In this document: piece by piece, positions 41,405 to 64,000 of the stretch
Position numbering within the stretch: the first letter of the stretch is position 1
Layout: the number at the start of each line of letters is the position of its first letter
Assembly: GCF_009914755.1 (NCBI RefSeq)
Contig: NC_060935.1
Strand: one strand, 5' to 3'
DNA length: 64,000 nt
Origin: the human T2T-CHM13v2.0 reference genome, Homo sapiens
The notes under the pieces: generated by a model
Databases searched by the model: none
Told to the model about the DNA's origin: nothing
Seen by the model: the letters and a program-made list of their open reading frames with translations, nothing else
Made by a program: the position numbers and the translations under genes

Positions 41405-42427
41405 CAGGGTCAATAACTACAGCCTGTGGACCAAATTCAGCTCGCCACTATTTTTGAAAACAAAGCAGCCATGCCCACTTATTTATGTATCATCTATGGC
41501 TGTATTCATGCTATAATGGCAAAATAATGGCAGAGTTCAGTAGTTGCGATACAGCAGGAGGGCAGGAAAGTGATGGGTAGAGAAGGGCGAGGTCCCTGGT
41601 GAGGGATCCACCCTCGGCCTGTGCCCAGGGACCTAAGTGAGAACAGGCACTCCTGTTTTCTCACCTGAATGTTGCATTTTCCAAGACCACCCTGACCCAC
41701 CACACCCCCATCCTGCGCCCATATAAACCTGAGACCTTAGCGGGCACACACAGCGGTTGAATGTTGAGAGGAGCAGCAGAGACCAGCAGAGCAGCAACGG
41801 TAGAGCCACACGGCAGAGGAAGAGAGAAGAGGATGTCTGGACGCTGAGGGGAGTTTGGCCAGGGAAGTCGGAGAATAGTCCGGCCACTGGGTGGCTGAAC
41901 TCCAGGGGAAGATTATCTACCCTGCCTCCCCATCTTCTGGCTCCCCATCTAACTCACTGAGAGCCACCTCCACCACTCAAAAAAGCCTTGCACTCATGCT
42001 TCAAGCCCACATGTGATCCGATTCTTTCAGGACACTGGGCAAGAGCTCGGGATACAAAAGGCTGTCACACTGGCCCTCTGCCCTTGCAGTAAGGCAGAGA
42101 GGGTCCATTGAGCTGATTAATACACAAAGCTGTCTGCAGATGGCAAAGCTAAAAGAGCTTTATAACATGGGGTTGGGTTGCAGGCACCCACCCCTAGACA
42201 CTACCAGGGGGCCGAGAGCCCAAAGCACTAGCCCTGGCCTCTGCACCTGCCCATCTGCATGCTTCCCTTAGGGGTTTGAGCTGCAGGGCAACCAAACAGG
42301 TGAGTCACACCCCTGTCACACATCCTGAGAGGGGCATCAGGGAACTCTCCCATTTCAGTTGCAACAAAAATTGAAGCCCAAAATATTTACTGTCTGGCCA
42401 TTCATGGAAAAAGTTTACTGACCTCCA
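41405..42427 (+). mobile_element. MER58A (hAT), split by an LTR
   Basis: cagggtc..aactacagcctgtggaccaaa ... aaaatatttactgtctggcc..aaaaagtttactgacc; TSD gcctaaag/gcctacaa. Confidence 0.82.
41547..42357 (+). mobile_element. ERV1 solo LTR (LTR1-family-like)
   Basis: (t>c)gatacagcaggagggcagg...cagggaactctcccatttca, 811 bp, 4-bp TSD gttg. Confidence 0.85.
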
Positions 42428-43389
42428 GCCTACAACAACGATTTGTTATAGCTCACAATTCTTTGGTTTGGCTGGGCTGTCCTGCTGCTGGTTTCTCCTG
42501 GGCTCTCAGGCAACTGAATTCAACTGTAGGGTGAGCCAGGGGGTGGGCTTTGCGAAGGAAGCTGGGGCAGCTGAGCCTCTCTCTCCCAGTGGGCTTTCAT
42601 CTGCGTTTCCCCGTGCAGCTTTACAAGAGGACAAACCCCAGTACACAAATGCTTATCAAGTTTCTAATTGCTTCATGCTTGTTGATGTTCCATCGACCAA
42701 AGCAAGTCACCTGAGCAAGCCCAGGGTTAATGTGGAGGGTCATTACACAGGGTGCATAGACTGGCAGGTGTGATTCCTTGGGAGCCATCAAGGTAACCAT
42801 ATAACACATTGGCATTTAGTATTTTTTGGTTGAATAAGTAAGTGTAATAGACGTGGAAAATAGGGTTCATTCTTTCACTCATTCAGCAGATATCTACTGA
42901 ACCCCAACCACATGCCAGGCCTAATCTGATTGATTGCATTTACTCAACTATTTGTCTAAAAGTCCTTTGGTGATAATAGTTTTCACAAGAGCTTAGGTTG
43001 TTGTGTTGATTCTCTTGCAGTGAAGACTTAATGAGCTTTGGTTTTACATAGTATATTTTAATGCACTCTAAGAATATTCAATTCAACGCAGATGAAATGT
43101 CCCCCCAAATAAAGGAGCCCAAAATAATTATGCCTGGTTTTGAAATAAAATCACACTTGTGCAAATGAAGTGGAAGTTTCTGCACTTGCTAACTTGAGGT
43201 GTAGTCTGGAGAGTGTTGACTTTAGTCTTGCTTCAGACCTCAAGCTCTTGATAGGTGTCTAGTTTTCCTGATCACCACCACCTCCAGTGGGAAGGCTCCA
43301 AGATTACAGAGCCAGAGTTCTAGATTCTCATCCTGGTTCTGTTAGCACCTCGTTGTGTGTCAATGGAATGAAGTCAAGATCATTTTTCA

Positions 43390-43770
43390 ACAGACATTAA
43401 CACTGTTTGCCAATATCTTGTTTCCCTCTCCTTTGGGGCACAAGGAAGGCATGTACTTTCCTGCCACTTGAAGTTAGAAGTAGCTGTGTAGCTTTCTCTG
43501 GCCAGTGAAATATGAGAGGAAGTAACCTGTCACTTCCAGGTGGAAGTATTGAATTGCCAGTGCCCAACCCTCCACCTCACTCTTACCCCACGGCAGTGGT
43601 TTTGACAGCACACACAGAGTGCAACCCTGAGCCATCACATGCAGGAAGTCTGCTCTGAAATGTCATCCAATCCCACAAGAGACTTTGAATGGGCAAGACA
43701 TAAATCTTGTTTTGAGCGACCCAGATTTAGGAGATGTTTGTTACTGCAACATAACACAACCTAACATAAC
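43390..43770 (+). mobile_element. MLT1I/J-like LTR
   Basis: ttctctggccagtgaaatatgagaggaagtaacctgtcacttccagg; end tgtttgttactgcaacataac. Confidence 0.7.
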
Positions 43771-44289
43771 AAGACTTTATTTCTTAGTAACAGCACAGCA
43801 TCACTGATAGGCTCTTGGTGCAAAGAGCAAGGTTTTATGACATGTTCAAGCAACAAAAAAGAAACTAAGCTTCTAGGCATAAGATGCGAAAAGAAACTAT
43901 TCTGCTCCAGAGAAGGAGATGGAGGAAAGAAAGGGAAGGGGAAAACAAGATGATGGATGTCTGCATGCTAATATATCCCTTTCTTGTGATCTCTTCAAGT
44001 CTCCCATAGAGCTTAAACATTTATGAATGTTTAGCAAGAATGGAATTGTTTTTATTATTTATTAATATGCTTTTGTTTATTGTTCATTTGTTTGTTTGCT
44101 TGTGGTTTTAAAAAATTTTATTTGTTTTGGTGGAAACTAGAGAAGGGGCTGTATGTCAAGACACAGGTTGACACAGGGACAACAAGAGACAGCTCATGCC
44201 ACCACACACAGGAGCTGGAGGCAGAGGTCATCATAAAGTGAAAGTACAAGTCCTTGGGAATTCGTAGAACTCCCTGCCATCACCACTAC

Positions 44290-44922
44290 TGAGAGAGGGA
44301 GGAGGCAGACAAATACCTAAACAGATAGGAGCAGAGCCCCAGTGAAACCCCACCTTCAAACCAAAAACAGCCTGAAGCCTGAAAGACTGGGCTGCTGGTT
44401 CTGGATGAAAAACGTGACCTGGAGTGAGAACTTCTATTCCTGTTTGCCCGCCCTTTCCCAATTGGTTGTTTCTGAATAATGCTTTTTAACCAATAGAATG
44501 TTGCCTTTTCCAATACTACCTATGGCCCACCCCTCACCCATCCTGTGCCCATAAAAGCCCAGGACCCAGCCACACTGGGGGAAGAAACCGCCAGACTTCA
44601 GGTAGGTAACCGTCCCCACATCCCCTCTCTGCTGAGGGCTGTTCCATCACTCAGTAAAATTCTTCTCTGCCCTCCTCACCCTTCAATTGCCGCCTCATTC
44701 TTCTTGGATCCAGGACAAGAACTTGAGAACTGCCAAATGCAGGTATGAGCTATAACACAGGCAGACTGGGGTGAGCCAGTGGGAAAGCCAGGTGCAGCCC
44801 AGGCAGGCCAAATGGTGAAGCCACTTCCTGCAGCAGGTAGCATGCCTGAGTGAGGCCCAGGCAGGGGCATCACCAGCTGGAGGTCCCCAGCTGGCAAAGT
44901 GACTGAGAAAAATCATGCCTCA
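44290..44922 (+). mobile_element. ERV1 solo LTR (LTR27-like)
   Basis: tgagaga...gtgaaaccccaccttcaa.ccaaaaacagcctgaag...gactgagaaaaatcatgcctca; 4-bp TSD ctac. Confidence 0.85.
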
Positions 44923-44934
44923 CTACCACCACAA

Positions 44935-45390
44935 CAACAATAGCTGACACTTACAAAGGGTTTGCCATGTTCCAGGCAATTGTCTAAGCACTTTACATTA
45001 TGAATTCATTTATTCCTTATAATACTACCTTTAAATTAGGTACTATTGATATCCTTATTTTACAAATAATTAGACTGAGGCATTAGGAAGTTAAATGACT
45101 TGGCCAAACAGCTCTTCATTCCAAAACACTCTCCCAGTGACTGGCTCTTTTTGTTCTTTAGGTCTTAACACAAAAGTTTGGTTTTCAGAAACATCTTCCT
45201 AGGCACTATAGTCACCATTGTCATTCTCTATCATGACATCTATCACAACCTATGGAAATTGTTTTATTTTTTAAATTTATGTATTTTTTCCCTTTCCTAA
45301 GCTCCATAACTACAGGAGTAATGCTTGCCTTGTTTATCATTTGATTCCTCTCTCCCCTCTCAGTGACTAGGATAGCCATGAATTAATGAG
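44935..45390. mobile_element. MIR (minus) followed by an L2 relic
   Basis: ttttacaaat..gactgaggc..gaagttaaatgacttg; L2-like 3' end. Confidence 0.6.
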
Positions 45391-45464
45391 TATGATATGG
45401 AGAATGAACCAGAAGTAATAGTGATTGGGTCACATAAGGAGAGAAATCAGAATGCTTTCAACTA

Positions 45465-45816
<352 letters not shown>

Positions 45817-45881
45817 GGACAATTTGGTTTTCTTTTCACATAACGAAAGTCTAGTGTGGACAGTTCCAGTACTTTGTACTT

Positions 45882-46550
45882 TGTAGGAAACAAGGGAAAG
45901 CTTCCCCTTTGCCCACAAAAGTTTCACTGAAAATGAACTGACAAAAGGCAGAATAACAGGAGAAAAAGGCATACAAAATTTATTTAACATGCATAAGCAC
46001 AAAGCCATACACAAAGTATGATACTCAAAGAGAGACCAGATGATTGAGGTTTAAATACTCTCTTCCTAGGAGAGAAGTGTATGGACCTGGGAGACAGATA
46101 TTATCTTGTAAGTGATTCTCTTATGGAAGCTGAATGGGACAAGTTACAGGGAGGTGAGGGCCAGAACTGCACAGGAACAAAGGTTGCTTTATTATGCAGA
46201 TAAAGTCCCCAGGTAGTCTCCAGAGCTACCCTCAGAACAGATGAAAAGTCTGTCTGGATGCAGTGACAACTCCTAATCTCTTCTCTCCTCCAGTGGTTGA
46301 TCTTTTCCTGGTTATTTGATGACATTCCTATTGAGGAAGTAAGAACAATTGTGTTCGTTTGGAAAGATGCTTTCATAGATAAGAAAATTCTAGAAAGAGT
46401 CCCTTCCAGTGCTTCTTTGGGAAAGAGAATCAGAGACAGGGAGGGAGTAGAAGATACGAGAGAGACCTTGGTTCTGAGGCCTTTCAATTCTCAAAGCACT
46501 CAGTACATCAAAGTGCCACATTTGGGGGAATCATATTCTGTGCCCCAACA
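45882..46550 (-). mobile_element. ERV1 solo LTR (MER39/MER4-group-like)
   Basis: Reverse complement begins tgttggggcacagaatatgattcccccaaatgtggcactttg; TG...CA termini. Confidence 0.8.
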
Positions 46551-46900
46551 ATTTGTCTTCCAACCATTAGTCTTGACTCTTGGTCTTCCCTCTACAGTCA
46601 CAATATGGCTTCCACAGCTCCTAAAATTGTATCCCCATACAACCACATTCAAAGGTTGGGAGAAATAGGAAGTTACCTCTTGATCAGGATTAAAAATATT
46701 TCTCTTAATAGTCATGAATTATCTTCTGGTTTCATGGGTCAGGGTAAATCATATGCCCAAGGCTTGGCAAGAGAGGCTAGAAAAATGAAGAACTGGCATA
46801 TGCAGTAAGAGGCAGGTTCTGCCACATAGGAAAGTGGCCATCATATGCAGCCAAAAGTGCTAGTCCCAGGAGGCTACTCAGAGAGAGACGGCAGTGTTTT

Positions 46901-46914
46901 GGCCGCCATCTTGG
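46901..46914 (-). promoter_or_regulatory. YY1 consensus site
   Basis: Minus strand CCAAGATGGCGGCC. Confidence 0.5.
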
Positions 46915-47340
46915 CATCTTCTCCAGAAACAGCAAACACACACACATAGAGAAGTTGCCCAGAAATATTAAGTCTGTGAATCAAAACTCAAAGAGAAAGA
47001 AAGTCTTTACTTCAGATTTTAAAAATAAAATAAAAAGTCTTCTTGGAACAACCCTTTGACAGGACAGGAAAGTAGTAAATCTTTCTAAAGAGCAATTTGG
47101 CACCATGATCCAAAAGCCTTGAAGAATGAGCTTATCTTTTCTCTTAAGTAATTCCACTTATAGTAATCTATCATAAAGAAATAATCAGAGATGTAATGCA
47201 AGAAGTATGTGCAAAGATGCCCATCAAGCATTGTTGATAATAGTGAAAAACAGAACAACCTAAATGCTTAATAACACTTGAATGATTAAATAAATTATAA
47301 CAAAATGGCATTCAATGTAGCTATGTGAAAACTATATTTA

Positions 47341-51952
<4,612 letters not shown>

Positions 51953-52087
51953 ATATTTAACAATACAGGAAAAGGTTTCTGATTTAAGTGAAAAACAAGT
52001 TACAACATGATATACCCCTAATAAAAATTTTAAATAATGTTTTCTATAAGTTAGAATTTATATTTTTATGTATAAATAGGAAAAACT

Positions 52088-52138
52088 ACTCCAACCTGGG
52101 TAACAGAGTAAGACCCTGTCTCAAAGAAAGAAAAAAAG
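52088..52138 (+). mobile_element. Extremely 5'-truncated Alu
   Basis: actccaacctgggtaacagagtaagaccctgtctc plus tail; TSD aaataggaaaa. Confidence 0.85.
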
Positions 52139-52328
52139 AAATAGGAAAAGCATTTTCATTTTTTTCAGCAAACATACTGGAGTGTTAACAGAGGTTGTTG
52201 TCTCTGAGCATAGGATAGTAGGAAATTTTTATTTCCTTCTTTGTACTTTTCTTTGTGGTTCAAATTTTCTTCAGTGAATAAGAACTACATTTTTAATTTT
52301 AAAATGTAACGATTATCCATACTTTTAA

Positions 52329-52633
<305 letters not shown>

Positions 52634-52909
52634 AAATATGTTTTTCATTTCATATTTGGGAATTGATTCTAGGACCACTCTGCCTTGCTGGACAAAATTG
52701 ATACCAACTTGTGTCTCTTTGCATGCAGTAGGTATTTGCTATCTGTATTGATTAATGAATGGGGAGCGTGGAAGGAATAAAGATGCACAGAATCTGCTCA
52801 TTCTCCAGGAAGGGAAAACAAAGAGAGGAAAGAATTTTCTCCAGCTTCAGTTACTTGCTACAGTGCAGGATAGTGGGAAAAGATGTAAAGCTGTAGAATC
52901 TAAGAGCTA

Positions 52910-53520
<611 letters not shown>

Positions 53521-54402
53521 AGAATCTAAGAGCTTAGCTTTGAAGTCAAAAGGAGCTGAGTTCAAATCTTGCCTCTATCACCAATTAATAAACCTAAATA
53601 AACTTGGACAACTTATGTGACCTCGTGATCTCTCTGCTATAGCACATAATTAAATGTATACTTCTCAAACGTGGAGAGAGAGGCAGATCCCACAATGAAA
53701 GCACTTAGCATGGAGCTGCACGGCATACAGAAAGCACTCGATATATGTTGGCTGTCATTTTTGTTACTGTTGTTAGCATTGTTATCAGTAGCAGCTGCTG
53801 CATCATCTCAGCTGCTCTCACTTCCTCCTTCAGGTTCTCTCCACTCCCGAGACCCTAAAGGTTAGTAATCAATCCATGCTAGGAAGGTGAGACCAGCCCC
53901 AGCCTCCACTGCACCTTTTTTACTGGTAATTCCCAAACAGCTAAATGTCCCGATGATCAGTAGTGGACTATATGAAACATTTTGCACTATATAAAATGTC
54001 TTTTGAAGAAGATGCCATAACTCAGACAAAGTGGACTTTCTTCAGCTCAAGGAGAAATTCTCAATTATTTCCTTCCCGCCTTCCAAACTCCCTAGCTATT
54101 TAAGAAATCCAGAGCAAATTTCCTGAGCTTTAAGCATTTTGCAAAACAAAGTGGCCCTACACATGTAAGGCTTTTTCAAAAGCATGAAATAAGTGATGCC
54201 AGCTGTTAATACGTTTAAGTAAATGTGAGCAAAAATTGTTAAAAATAAAACAAGCTGATCACCCTCAAAGTACTTTTGTCCTTTAAATCTTCACAGTACA
54301 CTAATGTAGGAATTACTCTTCTCTGCAGATAGAAAAAGGAGGCTGAAAGAGTAAAATTAACTGAGTGGCCAAAAAAGCATTAATAATAATAATTTCTGCC
54401 AC

Positions 54403-54812
54403 TGTTCTCACTTATTTGTGGGATCTAAAAATCAAAATAATTTAACTCACAAAGATAGAGAGTAGAAGGATGGTTACCAAAGGTTGGGAAGGGTAGCAGG
54501 GAGGGGAGAGAAGATGGGGATGGTTAATCCATACCGAAAAAACAGTAAGAAAGAATGAATAGGTCCTACTATTTGATGGTACAACAGGGAGACTATAGTC
54601 AATAATAATTCAATTATACATTTTAAAATAACTAAAAGAGTATAATTGGGATGTTTGTAACACAAAGGATAAATGCTTGAGGGGATGCATATACTCCATT
54701 CTTCATGATATGTCTATTATGCATCACATGCCTGTATCAGAACATCTCATGTACCCCATAAATACACACACCTACTATGTACCCACAAAACTTAAAAATT
54801 TAAAATAATATA
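54403..54812 (+). mobile_element. L1MA 3' end
   Basis: gttctcacttatttgtgggatctaaaaatcaaaa...cctactatgtacccacaaaa; TSD atttctgccact (second copy after the Alu, ~55116-55127). Confidence 0.9.
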
Positions 54813-54816
54813 ATTT

Positions 54817-55110
<294 letters not shown>

Positions 55111-55147
55111 TTATTATTTCTGCCACTAATAATCTCTCTTCTCTTGA

Positions 55148-55417
<270 letters not shown>

Positions 55418-55472
55418 CGTCTTTCTTGGTCTTACTTAGCCTTACCCATTTCATCTGTAAAGTAGGGATACC

Positions 55473-55764
55473 CGGCTGGGAGCGGTGGCTCACACTTGTA
55501 ATCCCAGCACTTTGGGAGGCCAAGGCGGGCAGATCACGAGGTCAGGAGATCGAGACCACAGTGAAACCCCGTCTCTACTAAAAAATACAAAAAATTAGCT
55601 GGGCTTGGTGGCAGGCGCCTGTAGTCCCAGCTACTCGGAGAGGCTGAGGCAGGAGAATGGCGTGAACCCGGGAGGCGGAGCTTGCAGTGAGCCAAGATCG
55701 CGACACTGCACTCCAGCCTGGGTGACAGAGCTAGACTCCATCTCAAAAAAAAAAAAAAAAAAAA
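55473..55764 (+). mobile_element. AluY with 12-bp left-arm deletion (Yd-lineage-like)
   Basis: gagatcgagaccacagtgaaacccc; TSD aaagt[a/g]gggataccc. Confidence 0.9.
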
Positions 55765-56304
55765 AAGTGGGGATACCCAGGGGGCACATCAGAAAAACAT
55801 TCAAAACATGGTACTTACTATCATTACTATTAGGCAGTCACTATGTGACAGGCTCTGCACAAGGAGCTCTCATTTTAACCTCACAACAGTCCCATGATGT
55901 GGCACTATTATTATTTCCATTTTAAAATGGGAACACTGAGGTTTGGAGTAGTTTATTAACTTGCTTTAAGTCCCAGGGATAGTATTTCTTTGGTCCCCTC
56001 TGTCACCCTTCTAATCCAGTGCTCTTAACTGCTAGTGGTCTCTCACTCTCACTCTCTCTCTCTTTGTCTCTGTCTGTCTCGCCCCTGTTCTTCTGTAGCT
56101 AGGACAGTAATGGCAACATCTGGCGCTCCTGCACTGCAATGGGCAGCAGGCCAGCAGGAGGTGAGCTGCTCTTCAGTAGGTGGTCTGTTTACAGCTTGTT
56201 TTCAGACAAACAATTCAACTTTTCCAGTGAGTTGTTTACCCTACTCTTAGTTAGTGCTTAGGAACCCAGGTTAGGTTCCCAGGTGTTGTGACAGAGGGGG
56301 CCCT

Positions 56305-56580
56305 CAATCAGCAGACACAGGAGAAGGCCATGTAAAGACAGATGCAGAGATTACAGTGATGCTACCACAAGCCCAGGAATGCTGACAGCCACCAGAAGCT
56401 GGAAGAGGAAAGAAACAGAATCTCCCCCAGAGCCTCTGGAAGCAACGTGGTCTTGCCAGCAACACCTGAATTTCAGACTTCTGGCCCCAAGAACTGTGAG
56501 AGCATTGCGAGAACATGAAATGGTTTAAAGAGACCACATGTATGATCATTTGTTGTCGCAGCCACAGAAAACTAATACAC
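56305..56580 (+). mobile_element. MLT1A/B-like LTR 3' part
   Basis: gaaggccatgtaaagacagatgcagagatt...gaaaactaataca. Confidence 0.85.
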
Positions 56581-57293
56581 CCTGGTTTCCCATATTTGAG
56601 ATGCAATCAGAGGGAACAAATTTATCTCCAAAGAGTAACTGACAGCGACCAAAGAACATTCATTCTTGAAATATAAATTAATAAGACCTAAAATGGTACA
56701 AGGGAAGGAAGCGAACACTGAGCACTTACAATGGGGCAGGCACTGTCCTAAGCACTAGCCTGTATTATTTCATTTAATCCCCACAACAACCCTAGAAGTA
56801 GATACTATTCATAATTATGTGAAGCTCCCGTGGCCAGACCCAAATTGGATTAGAGGTTGGAAGTGTCTTGATAAGGAACTGGGAGACTCCACACCTGACT
56901 TAGAAATAAACATATTTAAATAACAGGCAGTTTAGTAGATAGAGGTGCAGCCATCAGAGCCAGACTACCTGGATATGAACCCAAGAACTTCTCACCAGCT
57001 GTGTGGCCCTGGTGACAGGGTCGCATAAAGTTACATAACCTTACATTAAGTTATTGTGAACATCATTTGAGCTGAAACATCGAAAGCACTTAGCACAAAG
57101 CCTGACAGATAGCAGTTATTCCACAGGGTTCAGCTATTACTGTAACACACATGCTATTATGCACACAGTTAACACTTAATGTATATCTGCTATGATTATC
57201 ATCATTAGTTGGTTTAAGACCTAGGTAGACCTTAATTTGGAAATCTTTCTTGGTTTCTTCCAGAGAGCCATGATCTCTTTTCTGTTAGAATTA

Positions 57294-57984
<691 letters not shown>

Positions 57985-58428
57985 GTACTGGAAGTACTGG
58001 CAGGGGAGGAGGTGGTCCTTTAAGCTTTTCAACTAATATTTAATAGACAAACCCAATTTTAAAGTTACAAAATAAATAAATGTAAAGATAGTCACAGCCC
58101 TCAAAATGTCAAAATATACTGGGGCAAAAGTCAGTGATGTTAGGTAGGTAGGTGGGATAATGGGAGGTTAGGAAAAGGAGATAATGGTTTTCCTAAAAAT
58201 AAATTAATAAAAAGAAAACAAAGTTAAAAAAAATCTTACTGCCAAGAAATCAGTAGAAGCTTTTGTCATACTACAATAAACTGTTGTTGGAAAACTTGTT
58301 TTTTAGTTTATTCTTTCATTTATTTAACACTTATTAAACATCTAATAAGTAGTTCCTGATCAAGTTTTATTATCCAGTGGAGCTGTATACAGACAACAGA
58401 AATACAAAGTAGGAAGATTTGAGTGTCA

Positions 58429-58770
<342 letters not shown>

Positions 58771-59139
58771 CTAAACCAGATAAGCACCTAGATCTCTTCT
58801 AGACTCTGTAAGGCTAATTCCAGACTGTCATCAGTCACATACCACAGCTTCCGTATATGAAGCCTTTCTATTGCCTGGTTTTATTCTATACTGATGTTAT
58901 TGCTTTACTTGAGTAAACCAAATATATTTTACTCATGTATTTTGTTTATTGTTTTTCTGCCTCTGCCAGAATGTAAGCTTCCTGCTTGCTTGGCTTGGTT
59001 GCATTCTAAAACAGTGCTTGGCTCGTAGGAAATGTTCAATACGTACTTGAATGATGAACCAAAACACAATCTCTACTCAGGCACTCAGCTTTACAGAATG
59101 AAATCCAGATGGTCCTCAAACGTACCCATTGACACAGAA

Positions 59140-59805
<666 letters not shown>

Positions 59806-60249
59806 AGATGCTACAGAAATGCCCTTACAAGGAAATCAACACCTGCCTCGCCTCCTCATTTTCTAGGAACAGTCCCACACTCCTCTATCAGTAGCTATGG
59901 GCCCCTGGCAGCAATGTTTGCTTTGTATGATCTTGCTTTCCTGGTCTAAATTGATTGGGTGGAATAGACATGTGACCTAAGGTTAGCCAATCCAATTCTC
60001 TTTTCTGGGATTGAATTTTGCCTTTGTAAGAATAGAGAAAGTTTGACAACATGACCTCTAAACTCCTTCAGAGATCCAATGAAAAGGAAGGAGAATCTGT
60101 ATAAAATTACAAAAGTCATTGTAGAAAATCTGGACAATACAGTAAAGCACAAAGAAGAAAATAAAAATCACCTATTTATCAGTGTAATAATGAAAAATGA
60201 GGGACAACTGACATATCCTATAAGAAACAGAGAAACTATTAATAAACTA

Positions 60250-60987
<738 letters not shown>

Positions 60988-61438
60988 TTAGACCCATGTG
61001 TTGTATATAAAGGCCTATAAGAATATAAATTATATTGGTAGTCATAGTTACCTCTGAGGAAGGGAGAGTTGAAGAGGAACTTTTGCTTATTACATGAAAC
61101 ATTTTGTAGTACTTGGATGTATTATGATGATACTGTATTCTTACAGTTACTTGTTTAATTAAAGAAAAATGGAAAAATTATAAAAAGATACTTTATAAGA
61201 AGTAGAATTGACTAACATTGGAGATAAGGAAACCATTTAGGAACTGTGGCCATTGTTCAGATTTGAGGGGATAGGGTCTGACATGGGACAGAAGGAAGAG
61301 TGAGAAACACATAAATGTGTGATAGATTTAGGGTATAAAATTGAGACTTCTTATTGATTGAATGTAGTGTGAAAAGGAGGAGGAGAGAATGTTCAGGCTG
61401 AGAGGCAAAGCACTTCCACAGCAAAGTGTTGCCTTTTT

Positions 61439-62420
<982 letters not shown>

Positions 62421-62687
62421 TGGTTATTATTGGGATGACTCCCAATATCATTACCATCAGCATCGTCATCGATTTTGTCATCATTATGATCATTAGGACC
62501 AATTGTAGGCCTTTAGCTTAAATGACCAGCTAGAAATACATAAAAATAGGAAACGATTTAAAGCAAACCCCAGGACTCTTAGAGAAGAAAAAGGAGACCA
62601 AGAAGTGTTCACAAGCCTGACTAACGTGGCTAAGTAATAGACTGCATCAGGAAGAGTAGTGTTGAATGAAACCGCGTGGCAACTTAG

Positions 62688-63099
<412 letters not shown>

Positions 63100-63339
63100 T
63101 GAGTCTTTTTCCTCTTCTTAAATTTGTTTTCAAAAATGGATACATAAAATATATTATGTATATATATATATATATAGGCATACTTATTGTAATGAATTAA
63201 AACATTAAGCCAAAGCAAAGGTCCCCCGAGCAAACGCAGCTTTATTTCCTGCCCCGGATTGCTTTTTCTACGTTTAAACATATATGTATCACACATCAAA
63301 TACCTAACTTGAAGGATGTGATCAAAACACAGTTTTATT

Positions 63340-63627
<288 letters not shown>

Positions 63628-63776
63628 ATATATATTAAGCTATAATATATATAAAAATATATAAGATAATAAAAGTATATATGTAGCTATATATGTCTAT
63701 ATATATAAATATACATGTGTGTATATATATAGCTTTCTTACTGTCTTCCACCACGTCTTTAAAATTTATTCAGGTG

Positions 63777-64000
63777 GTGTCTTAGTCCATTTATGCTACT
63801 ACAACAAAATACCTTAGAATGGGTAATCTATAAACAACAGAAACCTATTGCCTCAGTTCTGGAAACTGGGAAGTCCAAGATCAAGGCACCAGCAGGATCT
63901 TGCTCTCTCAAGCCTCTTGTATAAGGGCACTAATCTCATTGGTGGGAGCAGAGCCTTCAGGACATAATCATCTCTCAAAGGCCCCACCTTTTAATAGTAT
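63777..64000 (-). mobile_element. MST/MLT1A-like MaLR LTR (runs off the window)
   Basis: tgtcttagtccattt.tgct.ct..aacaaaatacc...cagttctgga..ctgggaagtccaagatcaagg. Confidence 0.88.

Larger units (their letters stand above)
41350..42810 (-). mobile_element. Old MLT1 LTR hosting nested MER58A and LTR1-type elements
   Basis: tatctattgcagc..aataaac..cccaaaactt.gaggc.taaa resumes as acaacgattt.tta..gctcacaattct at ~42436. Confidence 0.7.

Overview
Human/primate non-coding genomic DNA dominated by interspersed repeats: about 35 Alu-family elements, several L1s, MaLR, ERV1 and ERVK LTRs, MIR/L2 relics and MER DNA transposons. No intact protein-coding gene, RNA gene or CRISPR array is supported, and nearly all ORFs in the track are Alu, L1 or microsatellite artefacts. 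The one gene-derived feature is a near full-length, minus-strand processed pseudogene of HNRNPK (16871-18756, with TSD) that preserves an exon-skipped isoform. The best leads are: (i) a complex ~3 kb insertion that splits an MLT1 LTR and carries an inverted copy of its own target site; (ii) a repeat-free, CpG-enriched region at ~23.2-25.3 kb with a splice donor pointing at the pseudogene, a possible pseudogene-lncRNA promoter; (iii) an L1 whose 5' end is joined directly to ORF2; (iv) a textbook CTCF site at 38331; and (v) several atypical Alu/L1 insertion structures. Repeat subfamily names come from recalled consensus sequences and their boundaries are approximate. I found no convincing new biological system beyond these leads.
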